Assembly (NCBI GenBank): GCA_019654055.1
Contig: BPDA01000002.1
Location: forward strand, 5,911-69,910
DNA length: 64,000 nt
Reading direction: 5' to 3'
Source of the DNA: Methanobacteriota archaeon
Lineage (GTDB): Archaea; Thermoplasmatota; Poseidoniia; Poseidoniales; Thalassarchaeaceae
The position numbers were made by a program, and so were the translations under genes. This document shows, one piece after another, positions 20,202 to 29,449 of this stretch. A model generated the notes under the pieces. That model saw only the letters and a program-made list of their open reading frames with translations. It was not told where the DNA came from and ran no database searches. Each line of letters starts with the position of its first letter. Within the stretch, counting starts at the first letter, position 1.

Positions 20202-20471
20202 TCAATCGCGAGCCGGCTTCGGGCCATCTGGCAGAGGCCCTTCCTCGCGGCTCCACTTGGCGCACTTCCACTCCTCGACAGAGTCGATGACCTGCTGCCT
20301 AATCAGCTCCAGCTCCGGGTGCTCCGGGTTGTGCTCCCCTATCCAGCAGGCTGTGCAGTATCTCTTGCTCTCGAAGTCCACGAAGTTCCCCGGTGTGCAA
20401 TTCACCTTGCAGGTGACGCAGCTCCTGAAGCCGTGAAACTTGGCCATCTCGCCCAAACGGTCCTCGGGCAT
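20202..20471 (-). CDS. Small Cys-rich (CxxC...CxxC) protein, unknown function
   Basis: It contains CVTCKVNC...YCTACW. Its codon bias is consistent with its neighbours. It lies 9 nt upstream of pepF. Confidence 0.4.
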   Translation of the reverse strand: MPEDRLGEMAKFHGFRSCVTCKVNCTPGNFVDFESKRYCTACWIGEHNPEHPELELIRQQVIDSVEEWKCAKWSREEGPLPDGPKPARD

Positions 20472-20507
20472 CTCGCCTATGAGTTTGACCCCAGAGGGGT
20501 CAATCTC

Positions 20508-21077
20508 TCAGATGTCGGCCAGGGCGGTGTGTAGTAGGAACGCATCCTCCTGCCCCGCCGCCTCTATCGTCCCCTCTGTCTCGATGGCACCCAATCTCAA
20601 CAATCCCGTCTCACTAGGAACCGGCCTGCGGGCCAGTAGACTCGCTCCGAGGTGCTCCATAAGTCGGTCGGCTTCGACCTCGTTGTCTAGGTAGCTGGTG
20701 CGGGGCAACTCCATCTGTCCGAGATCCCCGCCAATCGCCGTTTCCGGAAGATGGACTATCCAAGCCGACTGATCGCCACTCCTGATTCCGGCCCGCTCGA
20801 AGGCGGTGCTAATCTGGTGCGTGCCCGATATCAGCCTCAGGAATTCGGCGTCACAGGTCCTCGCCACCATACGTCCCGACTCTTCCAGCCTTCTGAGGGC
20901 AGCCCAAGCCGCCCACAGCCGAACCTCGCTGCAAGCGGCGTCGTAGGCTAGGAGCAGCCACCTCTCGCTGGGCCTCCATTCACTGAACACGGCGACCGTC
21001 TCGCCGACTTCGACCAGCGGCTCGGGGAAGTCGATGCCCCAAGCCGGGAACCACGGCATAGAGGAGGGGCCTTCCAT
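20508..21077 (-). CDS. cgi121: KEOPS subunit Cgi121-like protein
   Basis: The block AEFLRLISGTHQISTAFERAGIRSGDQSAWIVHL resembles the conserved Cgi121 core (E..L..SG.RQI.EA....GI.DG). Confidence 0.5.
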   Translation of the reverse strand: MEGPSSMPWFPAWGIDFPEPLVEVGETVAVFSEWRPSERWLLLAYDAACSEVRLWAAWAALRRLEESGRMVARTCDAEFLRLISGTHQISTAFERAGIRSGDQSAWIVHLPETAIGGDLGQMELPRTSYLDNEVEADRLMEHLGASLLARRPVPSETGLLRLGAIETEGTIEAAGQEDAFLLHTALADI

Positions 21078-21110
21078 GCGCCGCGATGGCCTCCCGTTGA
21101 AGAAGGGTCT

Positions 21111-23717
21111 CTATCCGGAGCCGCGCCTGATGGCCCGCCCAGCTGTCGCTACCAAGCCGTCCACTAGTCGTGGACTCCATCCACGCAGGTCGGACAGCTT
21201 TTGCATGTCACGTTCTGTGAGGGCGGCCACGTCAGCGGCGTTGGACACTCCCAGGAGATCCACCATCTGCCTGGCTCTGGCTCTGCCGACGCCACGCAGC
21301 GCCACGAGTCCGAGGAGGTCGGCCTTGCACCCGTAACGCACCCTGCGATGAATCTCGTCAATTGCCTCAACCAGCGTCCGATGGGCGTTGCTGCTCATCG
21401 AGGAAAGCTCCTCGTCCTCGGCCAGAATCCTCCTAGTCGCGTAGAGCAGCCACTCGGCCAACTCCACGCGGCCTCGCAGGTCCCCCGGCTGCACCCCCCA
21501 GTCCTTCTCTATGCGCTCCACACGAGCCTCCTCGGCCCAAGATTGCAGAACCAGCACACCCTTCATCCGACGCTCCTCATCGAGGTCTACCGCCTGTGCC
21601 AGAAACTCTCTCTCGTGACCGTGCAGCGCGGCCTGGATGGCATCGTAGTCGCCCTTCCTCGGCCACAGCGGTAGGAAGTCAGGGGTGCACGATACGAGAT
21701 GCAGGAGGCTGAGGGGTGAGACTTGCCCGTAATCGTCCTCTCCCGTAAGAGTGGCCATGGCCTTGGCCAGGCCATCACGTATGATGCGCCCGGATATCGG
21801 GTTGAGGTACAATTGGGCCACCCTCTCACCGAGGTTGGTGGCGCTGTATGACATCGAGGCAGACTCTGGGGGGTCCGCCTCGAAGGAGTCGTGCATGCTG
21901 GCCTTGCGGAAGCCAAAGATAGGAGGGCCGCGACGAGGCCTCTCACCATTCCTCCTGATTGGCTCGGACGCGACATCCAAGCCCTTCACCTCGGTGGCCG
22001 AGTCGACCCACGAGGGCATTTCGTCCTCCCACTCTTCAGGCTGCTCGACAGGAGGCTCCTCGAGAATCCTCGCCTTCACTTCGTCAGACTCGCCGAGTCG
22101 GTCGACCATTCCGTTAGATGCCAGCCAACTGACGACGTCATCTATCCTCGAGGCTAGGGACTCCGAATCCAGTTGCGTTGCCAGGAAGGTCTTGGAGAAG
22201 AACCTCCCAAGGGCGTCCCTGTCTGTAGTTCCTCCCGTGGCAATCATGGATAAGACGTGAGTCAGCAGAGCAGGGTCCTCCTCGGCCCTCAGTGCATTTG
22301 GATTGGCGAGCTTGGAGGTCACCTCCTCGGGCTTCCCGTGCAGGTAAAGATCCACTAAGCGAACCTCCTCGTCACGACCTTTGGCAAGCAACCAAGCATC
22401 GCCGACATCATCGTACTTGGGCCGCCCCGCTCTACCCATCATTTGCAGGACCTCGAGGACCGGAAGAGGCATGGTCATGCCCGCCGCAGTGCTCCATCTT
22501 CTGTAGTCCCTGACCACGACGGTTCGGGCAGGTAGGTTGACCCCCTGTGCGAGCGTGGGAGTTGCAACCACGCAGAACAGGTCACCACTCCTGAACGAGT
22601 CCTCGACGACACCACGGTGCCTACCGGTCAGGCCCGCGTGGTGGAAGGCTACGCCCCCCCTGAGGGAAGTAGCCAAGGAGCTGACCGAGGCAGATGCCTC
22701 ACCCCTCCCGAGGAGTCCGGCAGCGATCCCTTCCCATCTGTCTATGACATCCTGGCTGACGTCCAGTCCCCCATCGACCAACATGTGCCTGATGTGCTTG
22801 GATAGCTCGCGAGCCTCCTTCTGGGCGGAGGCGCGCGAAGACACGAAGACGAGCAGCTGACCTTCGTTTCTGATGGTGTCCTGGAGTATGGCTTGCAAAG
22901 GTCGGGTGGTTTTGCCCTCGAGCGCCCTAGCCTCGGGCGCTTCCTCGGTCCCTTGGCCGTCGACCCGGTGTACCTTGGCCTCCAGTCCGGTCAGGGTACC
23001 GTAGCGCAGTGTGACGGGTCGCCACTCCGAGACCACCAGCTCGGAGTCGAGCCACTCGGCCATCTCGTCGGCGTTGCCCACCGTTGCTGATAGTGCGATG
23101 ATCTGGGCCTCTGGCCTGCTATGCCGGATGCGAGAGAGTAAGACCTCAAGGGTCGGTCCGCGGCCCGGGTCGTGCAGCAGATGAAACTCGTCACTCACTA
23201 CTATGCCGACCCTGTCTATCAGTTCGGATCGGGTGCGCAGCAGCGAATCGAGCTTCTCGCTGGTGCATACGAGGATGTCCGCCTCCTCGAGCATCCCGGT
23301 CTCGCCCTCCCTGTCGCCAATCGCTAGACCCACCCGCAGGCCTACCGAGGAGGCAATATCGCGCAGCTCGCGCGCCTTCTCGCTGGCTAGGGCTTTCAGA
23401 GGGACTACGTACAGGGCGCGAGCGCCCTCCAGGTCGCTTGTCAGCCGATGCACAATCGCCAGATACGCAACCAGCGACTTGCCGCTGGCCGTCGGTATCG
23501 TGAGCATGACGTTACGACCCGACAGCGCGTGCGGTAGAGCCTCCGCCTGTGGAGGAAAGAGCTCCTCTATACTCCAATCCTCACGGAGCATCGACACGAC
23601 CCTGTCGTCCAGTCCGAGGTCCTCGAGCCTGCTTGGAGGAGGTCCTGCCGACTGGGTCACGCCACGTCTTCGATTCGGCCGTTCTAAAGGATGCCGTGGG
23701 CAAGCCACTAATTCCAA
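21111..23717 (-). CDS. hel308: Ski2-like ATP-dependent DNA helicase Hel308
   Basis: Motifs PPQAEAL, TIPTASGKS, SDEFHLL, SAT, and the HHAGL and ATPTLAQGVNLPA blocks are present, with a C-terminal HhH-like domain. At 868 aa it is longer than typical Hel308. Confidence 0.85.
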   Translation of the reverse strand: MELVACPRHPLERPNRRRGVTQSAGPPPSRLEDLGLDDRVVSMLREDWSIEELFPPQAEALPHALSGRNVMLTIPTASGKSLVAYLAIVHRLTSDLEGARALYVVPLKALASEKARELRDIASSVGLRVGLAIGDREGETGMLEEADILVCTSEKLDSLLRTRSELIDRVGIVVSDEFHLLHDPGRGPTLEVLLSRIRHSRPEAQIIALSATVGNADEMAEWLDSELVVSEWRPVTLRYGTLTGLEAKVHRVDGQGTEEAPEARALEGKTTRPLQAILQDTIRNEGQLLVFVSSRASAQKEARELSKHIRHMLVDGGLDVSQDVIDRWEGIAAGLLGRGEASASVSSLATSLRGGVAFHHAGLTGRHRGVVEDSFRSGDLFCVVATPTLAQGVNLPARTVVVRDYRRWSTAAGMTMPLPVLEVLQMMGRAGRPKYDDVGDAWLLAKGRDEEVRLVDLYLHGKPEEVTSKLANPNALRAEEDPALLTHVLSMIATGGTTDRDALGRFFSKTFLATQLDSESLASRIDDVVSWLASNGMVDRLGESDEVKARILEEPPVEQPEEWEDEMPSWVDSATEVKGLDVASEPIRRNGERPRRGPPIFGFRKASMHDSFEADPPESASMSYSATNLGERVAQLYLNPISGRIIRDGLAKAMATLTGEDDYGQVSPLSLLHLVSCTPDFLPLWPRKGDYDAIQAALHGHEREFLAQAVDLDEERRMKGVLVLQSWAEEARVERIEKDWGVQPGDLRGRVELAEWLLYATRRILAEDEELSSMSSNAHRTLVEAIDEIHRRVRYGCKADLLGLVALRGVGRARARQMVDLLGVSNAADVAALTERDMQKLSDLRGWSPRLVDGLVATAGRAIRRGSG

Positions 23718-24181
23718 CGATGGAAGGCAGGATGCCCTTCCTTTACGGCCACGAATAGACCCTCTCCGGTTGCACAGACCTCGTCGCCGGCTCGCAGACT
23801 CATCAGCACCTTGGCCCTACCTTCGCCAATTTCCTCGATCTCCGAGCTTATTCGCAGAGTGGCCCCGTAAGGCGTCGGCCTCCTGAGCTTGATAGAGTAC
23901 GAAGCGGTCACGGTGCAGGGAGGCTCCGTTTCCCCTAATCGATCCATCAGAGCCATCGCCGCCGTCCAATTGCCGTGACAGTCCAGCAGTGTGCCGATTA
24001 TCCCCCCGTTAATCATGCCCGGGAAGGCCTGATGCTCGGCCTTGGGAGAGAACTCCATCTCCAGACCGCTCTCGCTGCGGAACGAGCGGATTCTCAGACC
24101 ATCCTCGTTAGCCGGTCCGCAGCCGAAGCAGATACTGTTGGGCGCGTGCTCTTCCTGCACCGAGGGCCCTCTTTGCCGCAT
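23708..24181 (-). CDS. PaaI/4HBT-type hotdog-fold thioesterase
   Basis: An N-terminal CFGCGPANEDGL zinc-ribbon-like segment is followed by a hotdog core GMINGGIIGTLLDCHG. Confidence 0.65.
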   Translation of the reverse strand: MRQRGPSVQEEHAPNSICFGCGPANEDGLRIRSFRSESGLEMEFSPKAEHQAFPGMINGGIIGTLLDCHGNWTAAMALMDRLGETEPPCTVTASYSIKLRRPTPYGATLRISSEIEEIGEGRAKVLMSLRAGDEVCATGEGLFVAVKEGHPAFHRWN

Positions 24182-24200
24182 ATGGCCGGCTGAGGCCCCT

Positions 24201-24221
24201 CTAGGAATTGAAAATTCCTAG
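24201..24221. promoter_or_regulatory. Perfect 9-3-9 palindrome in a divergent promoter region
   Basis: The sequence is CTAGGAATT-GAA-AATTCCTAG. It lies 20 nt from the thioesterase ATG and 46 nt from the ATG at 24267. Confidence 0.4.
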
Positions 24222-24266
24222 GGATTTGCTGACGCATGCTCTTAATCGGGGGACCTTTTCCGTGAG

Positions 24267-25640
24267 ATGGTGCCAGACGTGGGTTCGGGTTCGAAGGATG
24301 ACGACTCCCTCGAGGGAGCGGCGCCGAGGCCCAAGAGGAGACGGTCGCAACCGCTGAAGGTGGCGAACCAGATTCCCCAGAGCCGCCGTAAGGAGATAGA
24401 GAAGGCCTTGGAGGACGCTCAGGGAACTCCGAAGAGGTGGTCCAGGAAGGACGGCCCGAAGTACCACAGGTTTCTCAGGAAGAGGATTACGCCGGGGAAG
24501 GTGAGACAGATCGAGTTCGATCTGCTCGACGTCGACATAGGCGAGTCCTGGCCAATCCCAATCACAGTGGTCCACGGTGCTAGGCCCGGACCGGTCGTCA
24601 CCTTGCTCGGCGCCCTTCACGGCAACGAGCTCGTCGGTCCGCTGGCTCTGACCTACCTGTGCGGACCAAACTTTCTCGGTGAGGACAAGGCGATCGACCC
24701 TGCGGCCATGGCCGGGACACTCCGCATAGTTCCGGTGGTGAACCTTCCAGGGTATCGACGTCAGAGCAGGTACATGGCCGACGGCAGGGACCTAAACAGG
24801 AGCTTCCCCGGCAAGCCGGATAGCAACACCACTTCGAGGGTCGCTCACCGGCTTTGGAACGAGGTTATTTCGGGCAGCGACCACATAATCGACCTGCACA
24901 CCGCCGCCGTGGGCCGCACCAACATGCCCCAGATTAGGGCGAACCTAGCAGATCGCGCCAGCAACCGGATTGCGAGGGCATTCGGCATCGAGACAATCCT
25001 GGACAACGTCGGACCGAAAGGCTCCTTGCGCAAGACCGCCAACGAAGCCGGAATCGGGTCCATCACCTACGAGGGCGGGGGCTCCAATGAGGCCGACCCC
25101 GAATCGGTCCAAGTTGCAATCTATGGTATCCTAAACGTTCTACGGAGCCTGAAGGTGCTGCCCGGCTACCCCAGCAGGCCCAGATTCAGGATTCTGGCCT
25201 CCGGCTCGGTGTGGATCCGCTCCGACCAAGGCGGCCTGCTGGACGTCCTCACCCCCGCGGGGAGTTTCGTCGAGGACGGCGAGACAGTGGCCACTGTCAC
25301 GGACCCGGAGAGGCCCGGGGAGAGCTACGACATCCTCTCGCCGACCAGAGGTCTGTTGATTTCCACAGCCACCCATCCGTTCGTCAACGCTGGCACGCCG
25401 ATAGGGCACCTCCTGCCGGTGACGCGTGGAATCAAGACGTTGCGCAAGCGACTTGATCCCGAGGGCTGCCTCGTCACTAGCGGCTCGGACGGCGAGCCGC
25501 CTTGGAGGGAGGACGAGGACGTCGAGGACATATCCGTGGCAGGCGAGTGGTCAGGTGGCTCCCCGGATGCGGAGTGGGGCCGAAATGAGGGTGACTCCGC
25601 AGACGACGAGGCCGGTGAGGCTGACCCGAACTGGGCCTAG
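24267..25640 (+). CDS. Succinylglutamate desuccinylase/aspartoacylase (AstE/AspA) family zinc deacylase
   Basis: Motifs GARPGPVVTLLGALHGNELVG, DLNRSFPG and IIDLHTA are present. The N-terminal extension is basic and the C-terminal tail is acidic. Confidence 0.65.
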   Translation: MVPDVGSGSKDDDSLEGAAPRPKRRRSQPLKVANQIPQSRRKEIEKALEDAQGTPKRWSRKDGPKYHRFLRKRITPGKVRQIEFDLLDVDIGESWPIPITVVHGARPGPVVTLLGALHGNELVGPLALTYLCGPNFLGEDKAIDPAAMAGTLRIVPVVNLPGYRRQSRYMADGRDLNRSFPGKPDSNTTSRVAHRLWNEVISGSDHIIDLHTAAVGRTNMPQIRANLADRASNRIARAFGIETILDNVGPKGSLRKTANEAGIGSITYEGGGSNEADPESVQVAIYGILNVLRSLKVLPGYPSRPRFRILASGSVWIRSDQGGLLDVLTPAGSFVEDGETVATVTDPERPGESYDILSPTRGLLISTATHPFVNAGTPIGHLLPVTRGIKTLRKRLDPEGCLVTSGSDGEPPWREDEDVEDISVAGEWSGGSPDAEWGRNEGDSADDEAGEADPNWA

Positions 25641-27491
25641 TCAGTCCAGCTCAGGTGCTCGAGGTATCTCGCCATCGTCATCTGTGACCGGGACTGAAGG
25701 CAGTTGAACGGGGGCGTTCTGCTCTCCCATCAGCGCACTCAGGTCCGGCGCGGAGGGTAGGTCGTAGTCCTGGAACTCGGGAGAGAGCGTGAACTTCTCC
25801 GGCTTCAGGTCGTATGCCTGATAGGCGTCCTTGAGCTTTCTCTTGTGCGATATCCTGCCCACTGTGTACACACAGCCCCCCACTAGGGACAGTAGTAGAA
25901 CGATGGTCACTGCGAGGCCGGTGGGCGAGGTGATGAAGGATAGCAGCTTCTCCGACAGCGTATCTGGAGGTATCCAGACCCCCATGTCGATGTCCCACAC
26001 CAGGACCGTGGTATGGTCGGAGTCCAACAGGGTCGCGGTGACCTGCTGTGGCCCGCTTCCCTGGTCGCACAGGTAAATCGTCAGAGTGGTGTCTCGGGCC
26101 TCGCAGTCGATTGGCTCTATGAGCACACCCCTGCCGTCGGAGCTGACGTTCTCCGTCAGTGTGTAGTCGCCGAACTGCCATGACAGCGTGGCCGTGACAT
26201 CGTCCGGTATCGAGCCTATGGAAAGGACCAGGCTTTCGTTGACCGCGTCCCACACGTGCACTTGGCGGAAGTCGGGTGCGGTGTTGACCAGACTCTTCCT
26301 GTTCAGGGTGTCATCGACCTCGTCATTGCAGTCGTCGTCCCTACCGTTCCATGACTCCACTCCAGAGGGGTTGATTGTGTCGATGAGGTCGTCACAGTCC
26401 TCGAAGTCGTAGAAATCGTCCTCGTCGCGGTCGAAGTTGAACACCATTGGGTCCGAGCCGCTGACCATGACCTCGTGACCGTCGGACAAGCCGTCCGAGT
26501 CCGAATCGAACAATTCGGGGTCCGTGGTGATGTTGTGGAACTCGTCGTAATCGGTCAGTCCGTCGTCGTCACTGTCGAGTCCGAAGAAGTCCTCGTCGAC
26601 AACCTCGTCACAGTCGTTGTCCTTGCCGTCCAGCACCTCGGGCTTGAAGGGAGCTCGGTCGAAGTCCTCGTCCTCACAGTCCTGGAACCAGTACCATCCG
26701 TCGGAATCGGCATCCGCATCGTGCACCAGAGGATCCGCACCCATCGAGGAGTACTCGTTGTACTCCAGACCGTCGGGCAGACCGTCGTCGTCGGTGTCAC
26801 CATCTAGGTAATCCGTGGTGATGTTGTGGTACTCGTCATAGTCGGTCAGTCCGTCGTTGTCGGTATCGAGGGCCCAGTAGTCCTCGTCGATTAGGAAGTC
26901 GCAGTCGTTGTCGAAGTCGTCGAGCAGCTCGACGTGACCGGGCGACCTGTCCTCGTCATCATCATCGCAGTCCTCGAACCAGTACCACGAGTCCGAGTCC
27001 GAGTCAGGGTCGTACACTAGTGGGTCCGAGCCCAGCGCGGCGTAGGTGTTGACCTCCTCACCGTCATCCAGCCCGTCGTCGTCGGTGTCCGAGTCCATGT
27101 AGTCGGTGCCGTGGACGTGGTACTCGCTCCAGTCCTTCAGACCATCGTTGTCCCTGTCGGTGAAGTTGTAACCCTCGTCGATGTAGTCGTCGCAGTTGTC
27201 GTCTATGCCGTTCAACAGCTCCGGTTTGCCCGGGTTGACGTTGGGGTCGTTGTCGTTACAGTCGTTGAAGTGGTAGAACAGGTCCGAGTCGTTATCAGGG
27301 TCGTAGACTAGTGGGTCGCTGGACCAGTAGTTCACCTCCGCCCCGTCAGAGAGCCCGTCGTCGTCGCTGTCGGAGTCCATCGGGTCGGTACCGATGGTCG
27401 AGACCTCGGCATAGTCCGACAGACCGTCGGTGTCAGAGTCGATTGCCAATGGATTGGTACCGTAGACCATAACCTCGTCGTAGTCGTTCAA
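25641..27491 (-). CDS. Kexin-like protease gene, fragment 3: TSP3 / metal-binding-motif repeat region plus C-terminal TM anchor
   Basis: It has about 4 modules of about 95 aa. Each carries D.D.DGL.D..E (thrombospondin type 3) and DC.D.D....PG..E...G.DNDCD motifs. The TM segment LAVTIVLLLSLVGGCVYTV follows, with a 90-aa tail. Confidence 0.65.
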   Translation of the reverse strand: MNDYDEVMVYGTNPLAIDSDTDGLSDYAEVSTIGTDPMDSDSDDDGLSDGAEVNYWSSDPLVYDPDNDSDLFYHFNDCNDNDPNVNPGKPELLNGIDDNCDDYIDEGYNFTDRDNDGLKDWSEYHVHGTDYMDSDTDDDGLDDGEEVNTYAALGSDPLVYDPDSDSDSWYWFEDCDDDDEDRSPGHVELLDDFDNDCDFLIDEDYWALDTDNDGLTDYDEYHNITTDYLDGDTDDDGLPDGLEYNEYSSMGADPLVHDADADSDGWYWFQDCEDEDFDRAPFKPEVLDGKDNDCDEVVDEDFFGLDSDDDGLTDYDEFHNITTDPELFDSDSDGLSDGHEVMVSGSDPMVFNFDRDEDDFYDFEDCDDLIDTINPSGVESWNGRDDDCNDEVDDTLNRKSLVNTAPDFRQVHVWDAVNESLVLSIGSIPDDVTATLSWQFGDYTLTENVSSDGRGVLIEPIDCEARDTTLTIYLCDQGSGPQQVTATLLDSDHTTVLVWDIDMGVWIPPDTLSEKLLSFITSPTGLAVTIVLLLSLVGGCVYTVGRISHKRKLKDAYQAYDLKPEKFTLSPEFQDYDLPSAPDLSALMGEQNAPVQLPSVPVTDDDGEIPRAPELD

Positions 27492-28549
27492 TCCGTCGTC
27501 GTCGCTGTCGGCATCGTACGGTCGGTGCCATAGAGCAGAGTCTCGTTCTCATCGGTCAACCCGTCGTCATCGTGGTCGTAGTCCACATCGACCCCGTGCA
27601 GAATCATCTCCCATGAGTTTAGAGTCCCGTTAGTTCCTGATTCTGGATCTCTGACTTTCAAGGTCCACGTGCCCAAAGACGACTCGTCCCAGTGCTGCAC
27701 CGTGCTGAACATCCAGTCTGAGTAGTCGGAGCCCCAGCCGTTGCGCGATTCAGCGAGCCAGGACTCGGTCCCGGAAGGGGAGACGAGTACGATATCCAGA
27801 TCCGCCCGGCTCTGGTGAGAGATGTCGACCACCAGGTCCACGCTCTCGAGGGAATACTCGTCCGTGACAACGGCCGTAAATTCGCTCCACGAGGAGGTGT
27901 CATCTGGAATGTCGAAGGAAGGGCTGTAAGGGCCGTACGTGGCATTGAGCTCCTCTCCGACCTCGACCCAGTTCTCAGCGACGGATACGGCAGCGCCCGC
28001 ATCGACCACCCCGAAGCCGTATTTGTGCGAGACGTCATGGCCCGCGCCGTTGACTTCCCATGAAGAGTCGCTGGCGTCATTCATTCTCGCGCTGTTGACT
28101 AGGACGTGCTGAACGTCCCTCCAAGTCAGATTCTCGTTGGCATCCAGCATCAGCGCGATGACCCCAGCCGCCAGCGGGGTGGCGCTCGATGTGCCGCCGA
28201 AGGTGTGAGTGACGTTGCCGCTGCTGTTGTAGCCCCCTGTTCCGGTGATGTCCGTGGTGGTGATGCCCTCACCGGCGCCATTGGAGTGCGCGGCGACCAG
28301 TATGTTGGCCCCCGGCTCGGCGTAGTAGGACTGCTCGCCGTAGTGGTTAATCGCGGTGACAGCGATGGTGAAGCGGCTGTTGGCGTAACCGTCGTAGTTT
28401 GAGTTGTCGTCTGAGCCGAGGCCGTTGCCCGCAGCCCACGTAATCAGGTTGCCCAACCCCTCCCGACCCTGTAGGCATCGCTCTCGAAGGCAGCCAGCGT
28501 AAGTGGCCCGGGCGCCTCTAGAGTTGAACCGTCGTCGGCTGGGCCCCAT
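27488..28549 (-). CDS. Kexin-like S8 protease, fragment 2: catalytic Asn/Ser half plus P-domain
   Basis: Motifs ITWAAGNG...DGYANSRFTIAV and GGTSSATPLAAGVIAL (catalytic Ser) are present. The region WTLKVRD...G.L.SWEMILHG is like a proprotein-convertase P-domain. Confidence 0.7.
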   Translation of the reverse strand: MGPSRRRFNSRGARATYAGCLRERCLQGREGLGNLITWAAGNGLGSDDNSNYDGYANSRFTIAVTAINHYGEQSYYAEPGANILVAAHSNGAGEGITTTDITGTGGYNSSGNVTHTFGGTSSATPLAAGVIALMLDANENLTWRDVQHVLVNSARMNDASDSSWEVNGAGHDVSHKYGFGVVDAGAAVSVAENWVEVGEELNATYGPYSPSFDIPDDTSSWSEFTAVVTDEYSLESVDLVVDISHQSRADLDIVLVSPSGTESWLAESRNGWGSDYSDWMFSTVQHWDESSLGTWTLKVRDPESGTNGTLNSWEMILHGVDVDYDHDDDGLTDENETLLYGTDRTMPTATTTD

Positions 28550-29424
28550 GAGTTGGTGTAGATGTCGATGTCATCGCTCTCGTAGCTCAGCGCATCGGCT
28601 TCGGTAGCATCACCGGCCCAGCATGCTATCAGGGTCGAACCGGCAATGGTCGCGTCGAAGGCGACTCCGGTGACGTCCAGTGAGTTGTCGCCGACTGCAG
28701 CGGCTACCCCTGCCACCGCAGTGCCGTGACCGTTCCAGCTCGTTGGACTGGGGTCGCCATCGTCATCGCACCAGTCGTACGAAAACAGCGATGAGTAATG
28801 GGGGCTAATATCGCTGTGATCGTGGTCGAGCCCGTCGTCCACGACGCTGATGACCACTCCCGATCCGGTGTAGTCGTCCCAGGTGCTAGTGACGTTGACG
28901 TCCTCTCCCACTGCTCCATTAGTCTGACCGGTGTTCTCGAGGTGCCATTGCGAAGCGAACTCAGTGTCGTTGGGAGCGAGTCGTGGATTCTGCTTCTTCT
29001 CGAGGAGCGGTGAGAACGACTCTATCTCACCCCGCTCTAGGGACTGCTGCAGCCGAGGAACCGCACCTAACGGGTCCTCGAAGACCCAGACATAGGCCCC
29101 TCTCAGAATCGGAGCCGGCTCGGACAACTCGGGTGAGGCCTTGGTCAAACCATGCTTTTCCAGAGGCACTCTTGTCACTACCAGCCACTCATGGGCGCCC
29201 ACGAGATCCTCTTCCGAGTATCCACTCATGTCGCCCACCCTCTCGAAGGCGAGCTGGACGGCGCGAGAATAAGTCGGTAGTATCTCGTCGCCTTCGATTC
29301 CTAGGTCTACCGGCTGCCCCGGACTGGCCGTGGCAACGCCCCCGAAGGGGGCGAGCAGGAGAATGACGAGGACCGCGAGCGCCGTGCGCATGGCCGAGGT
29401 CGAACGCATTCGACATTTAGCCAT
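28444..29424 (-). CDS. Kexin-like S8 protease, fragment 1: signal peptide, propeptide and Asp/His half
   Basis: A signal peptide RTALAVLVILLLAPFGGVATA is present. WHLENTGQ, VVISVVDDGLDHDH (Asp) and WNGHGTAVAGVAAA (His) follow. The ORF-track start at 29493 overlaps the upstream gene, so an internal Met at 29424, 29409 or 29391 is more likely. Confidence 0.7.
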   Translation of the reverse strand: MAKCRMRSTSAMRTALAVLVILLLAPFGGVATASPGQPVDLGIEGDEILPTYSRAVQLAFERVGDMSGYSEEDLVGAHEWLVVTRVPLEKHGLTKASPELSEPAPILRGAYVWVFEDPLGAVPRLQQSLERGEIESFSPLLEKKQNPRLAPNDTEFASQWHLENTGQTNGAVGEDVNVTSTWDDYTGSGVVISVVDDGLDHDHSDISPHYSSLFSYDWCDDDGDPSPTSWNGHGTAVAGVAAAVGDNSLDVTGVAFDATIAGSTLIACWAGDATEADALSYESDDIDIYTNSWGPADDGSTLEAPGPLTLAAFESDAYRVGRGWAT

Positions 29425-29449
29425 TCGTCTGTAGCGTGAAGCGCGCGCT

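Noticed and set aside
21111-23717. An intein or mobile insertion inside Hel308
   Set aside because: There are no Cys/Ser-...-HN splice junction motifs and no endonuclease blocks. The extra length is a low-complexity charged segment.
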